The notes beneath the pieces are model-generated. The model did not search any database and was not told the DNA's origin. It was given only the letters and a program-made list of their open reading frames with translations. The translations under genes were made by a program, and so were the position numbers. A stretch of 63,966 nucleotides of DNA, counting the filler, from Reticulomyxa filosa (taxonomy: Eukaryota; Protista; Foraminifera), in the NCBI GenBank assembly GCA_000512085.1. It is 22 parts of 22 records of this genome, joined end to end, with 100 filler letters (N's around TTAATTAATTAA, not from the genome) between each part and the next. Parts side by side here need not be neighbours in the genome. Positions count along the whole stretch, not along the records: positions 55,665 to 62,866 come from ASPP01000803.1; positions 62,967 to 63,966 come from ASPP01048092.1; 20 more parts are not named here. One strand, given 5' to 3'. Shown one piece after another: positions 62,660 to 63,966 of the stretch. How positions within the stretch are numbered: position 1 is the first letter of the stretch; every line of letters starts with the position of its first letter.

Positions 62660-62770
62660 GTAGGACAAGTCCCTACTATAAATACTTGAACATAAATGGA
62701 ACTGAGGAATCCCCAGTAGGCTAAACTTCCTCAACCAACTACTTCTTACTTCCTTGCTTTTCTTACTTTC
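62660..62770 (-). repeat. Dispersed repeat immediately upstream of the 1612-aa ORF (homologous to 16440-16548)
   Basis: Shares the block tcaaccaactacttcttacttccttgcttt plus flanking similarity. Confidence 0.75.
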
Positions 62771-62966
62771 CTTTTTGTCGTTTTGATTTATTATTTAATT
62801 TACTTTGTTTTACTGAAAGTCACTCTCATTCGAGTAAAACCTTTTCGTATTACATTTAGTGTAGCTNNNNNNNNNNNNNNNNNNNNNNNNNNNNNNNNNN
62901 NNNNNNNNNNTTAATTAATTAANNNNNNNNNNNNNNNNNNNNNNNNNNNNNNNNNNNNNNNNNNNN

Positions 62967-63966
62967 AAACCAATTTCATCCAATAACAACACTGCCCAAA
63001 TGGTTGGATCGTTCGAAAACTGCTTAGCTTGCTCCCATCTCTCAATTATTCCAAAAGATTTACTGTCTTGAGTACATTGAAAGGACACAATATGAAGAGG
63101 TTTCACAGTCAAATTGAAGTTTTCTTCATTCAATTTCGCTTGAAAGTCTTTAATATTGGACTCAGACAAATTATGTCGAAGAATTTCCAAGGATAAGGTT
63201 TTCGAAGTTCCAGGTTCCCCAACCAGTACAACTTTACAACAAACCATTTTTTTGGAATCAAAGCATTTAGATGTATGTGTGTAATGTAAATAAAATAGAT
63301 ATTGAAACGAAACTGGGGGTGGTAGAACTGATACACACAAATAACATAAATAATATCTCATTCAAAATCAAAGTCTTTGCAATGCCTGAGTTTATTCGTT
63401 TATTCATTTTTTGGATAAAATGTGAAGATTTACTTTTTTACAAGAAAAAAGTACCTGAAGGATAAGAAAATATTTTACAAAGTCGATCCACTTCTTCATA
63501 TAGAATATTCTTAAAAGTGGTATTCTTTATCTTAATAGCTACGCTGTATTGAATCCTGTCATTCTTGTTCAAACGAAAGTAATAGCATAATCCCATTGAA
63601 ACAACCAAAGCGTGTTGTATTTGTTCGAAGAAAGTGGCTTGTCTACAAAAGTGATTCAAAATCCAAACAAAAAATGTCAAACATCTTTCCACATCTCTCA
63701 AAGACACCACTGCCACATCTTGCAATTTCTGACGAACAAATTCTTGTGAAATGCAAAGTTGATCTGTAATAGTTATCAATTCCTTTTCAAAAACCTCTTG
63801 AATAGACGGATCCAATTCATTTTTTCGCTTTTTAATCATTTCCAAGATGTATTGTCTTTCATCTGAACTTGGCAATGATCCAAATTGCCAAATGTGCAAT
63901 TTTATACTTTCACATAATGGAGAAACTCGATATACATACTTTGCCAAACTATCTCCTCTAAACCAA
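62967..63966 (-). CDS. RNF213/mysterin-like AAA+ ATPase fragment (internal, multi-exon)
   Basis: YVYRVSPL..IWQFGSL..ERQYI, SQEFVR..VSLRDVERC, GLCYYFRL and LFMLFVCI; Walker A LVGEPGTSKTL; SFQC; Walker B VLLLDEIG. Confidence 0.82.

Overview
This window is not one locus. It is 22 short contigs joined by artificial 100-nt spacers (N44-TTAATTAATTAA-N44). Twenty-one contigs are AT-rich, intron-containing eukaryotic DNA. The gene families present (Kelch-like, WD40, TRAF-type RING, caspase-like, CAP-Gly, RNF213-like) suggest the foraminiferan Reticulomyxa filosa or a relative; this is an inference, not a database result. One contig (30582-32075) is GC-rich bacterial DNA carrying the ftsK 3' end, a terminator and hemH. 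The most striking item is a spliced minus-strand gene (12957 to <11356). It encodes an uncharacterised domain, then a ubiquitin-like domain ending in RLRGG, fused directly to Cys1 of an intein-like Hint domain. The Hint domain only appears once a 103-nt intron is removed. This is a candidate self-activating (E1-independent) or self-processing ubiquitin-like system. Other highlights are: a giant 7xCAP-Gly/Zn-finger/EF-hand/RPEL protein; an intronless 1612-aa Gag-like triple-zinc-knuckle protein with a CX5R phosphatase; a PB1-like caspase; decayed clathrin and PRP8 fragments; a Tc1 relic; a TA-flanked MITE family; a palindromic repeat family; and a dimeric higher-order satellite. Several frameshifts sit in homopolymers and are probably sequencing errors.
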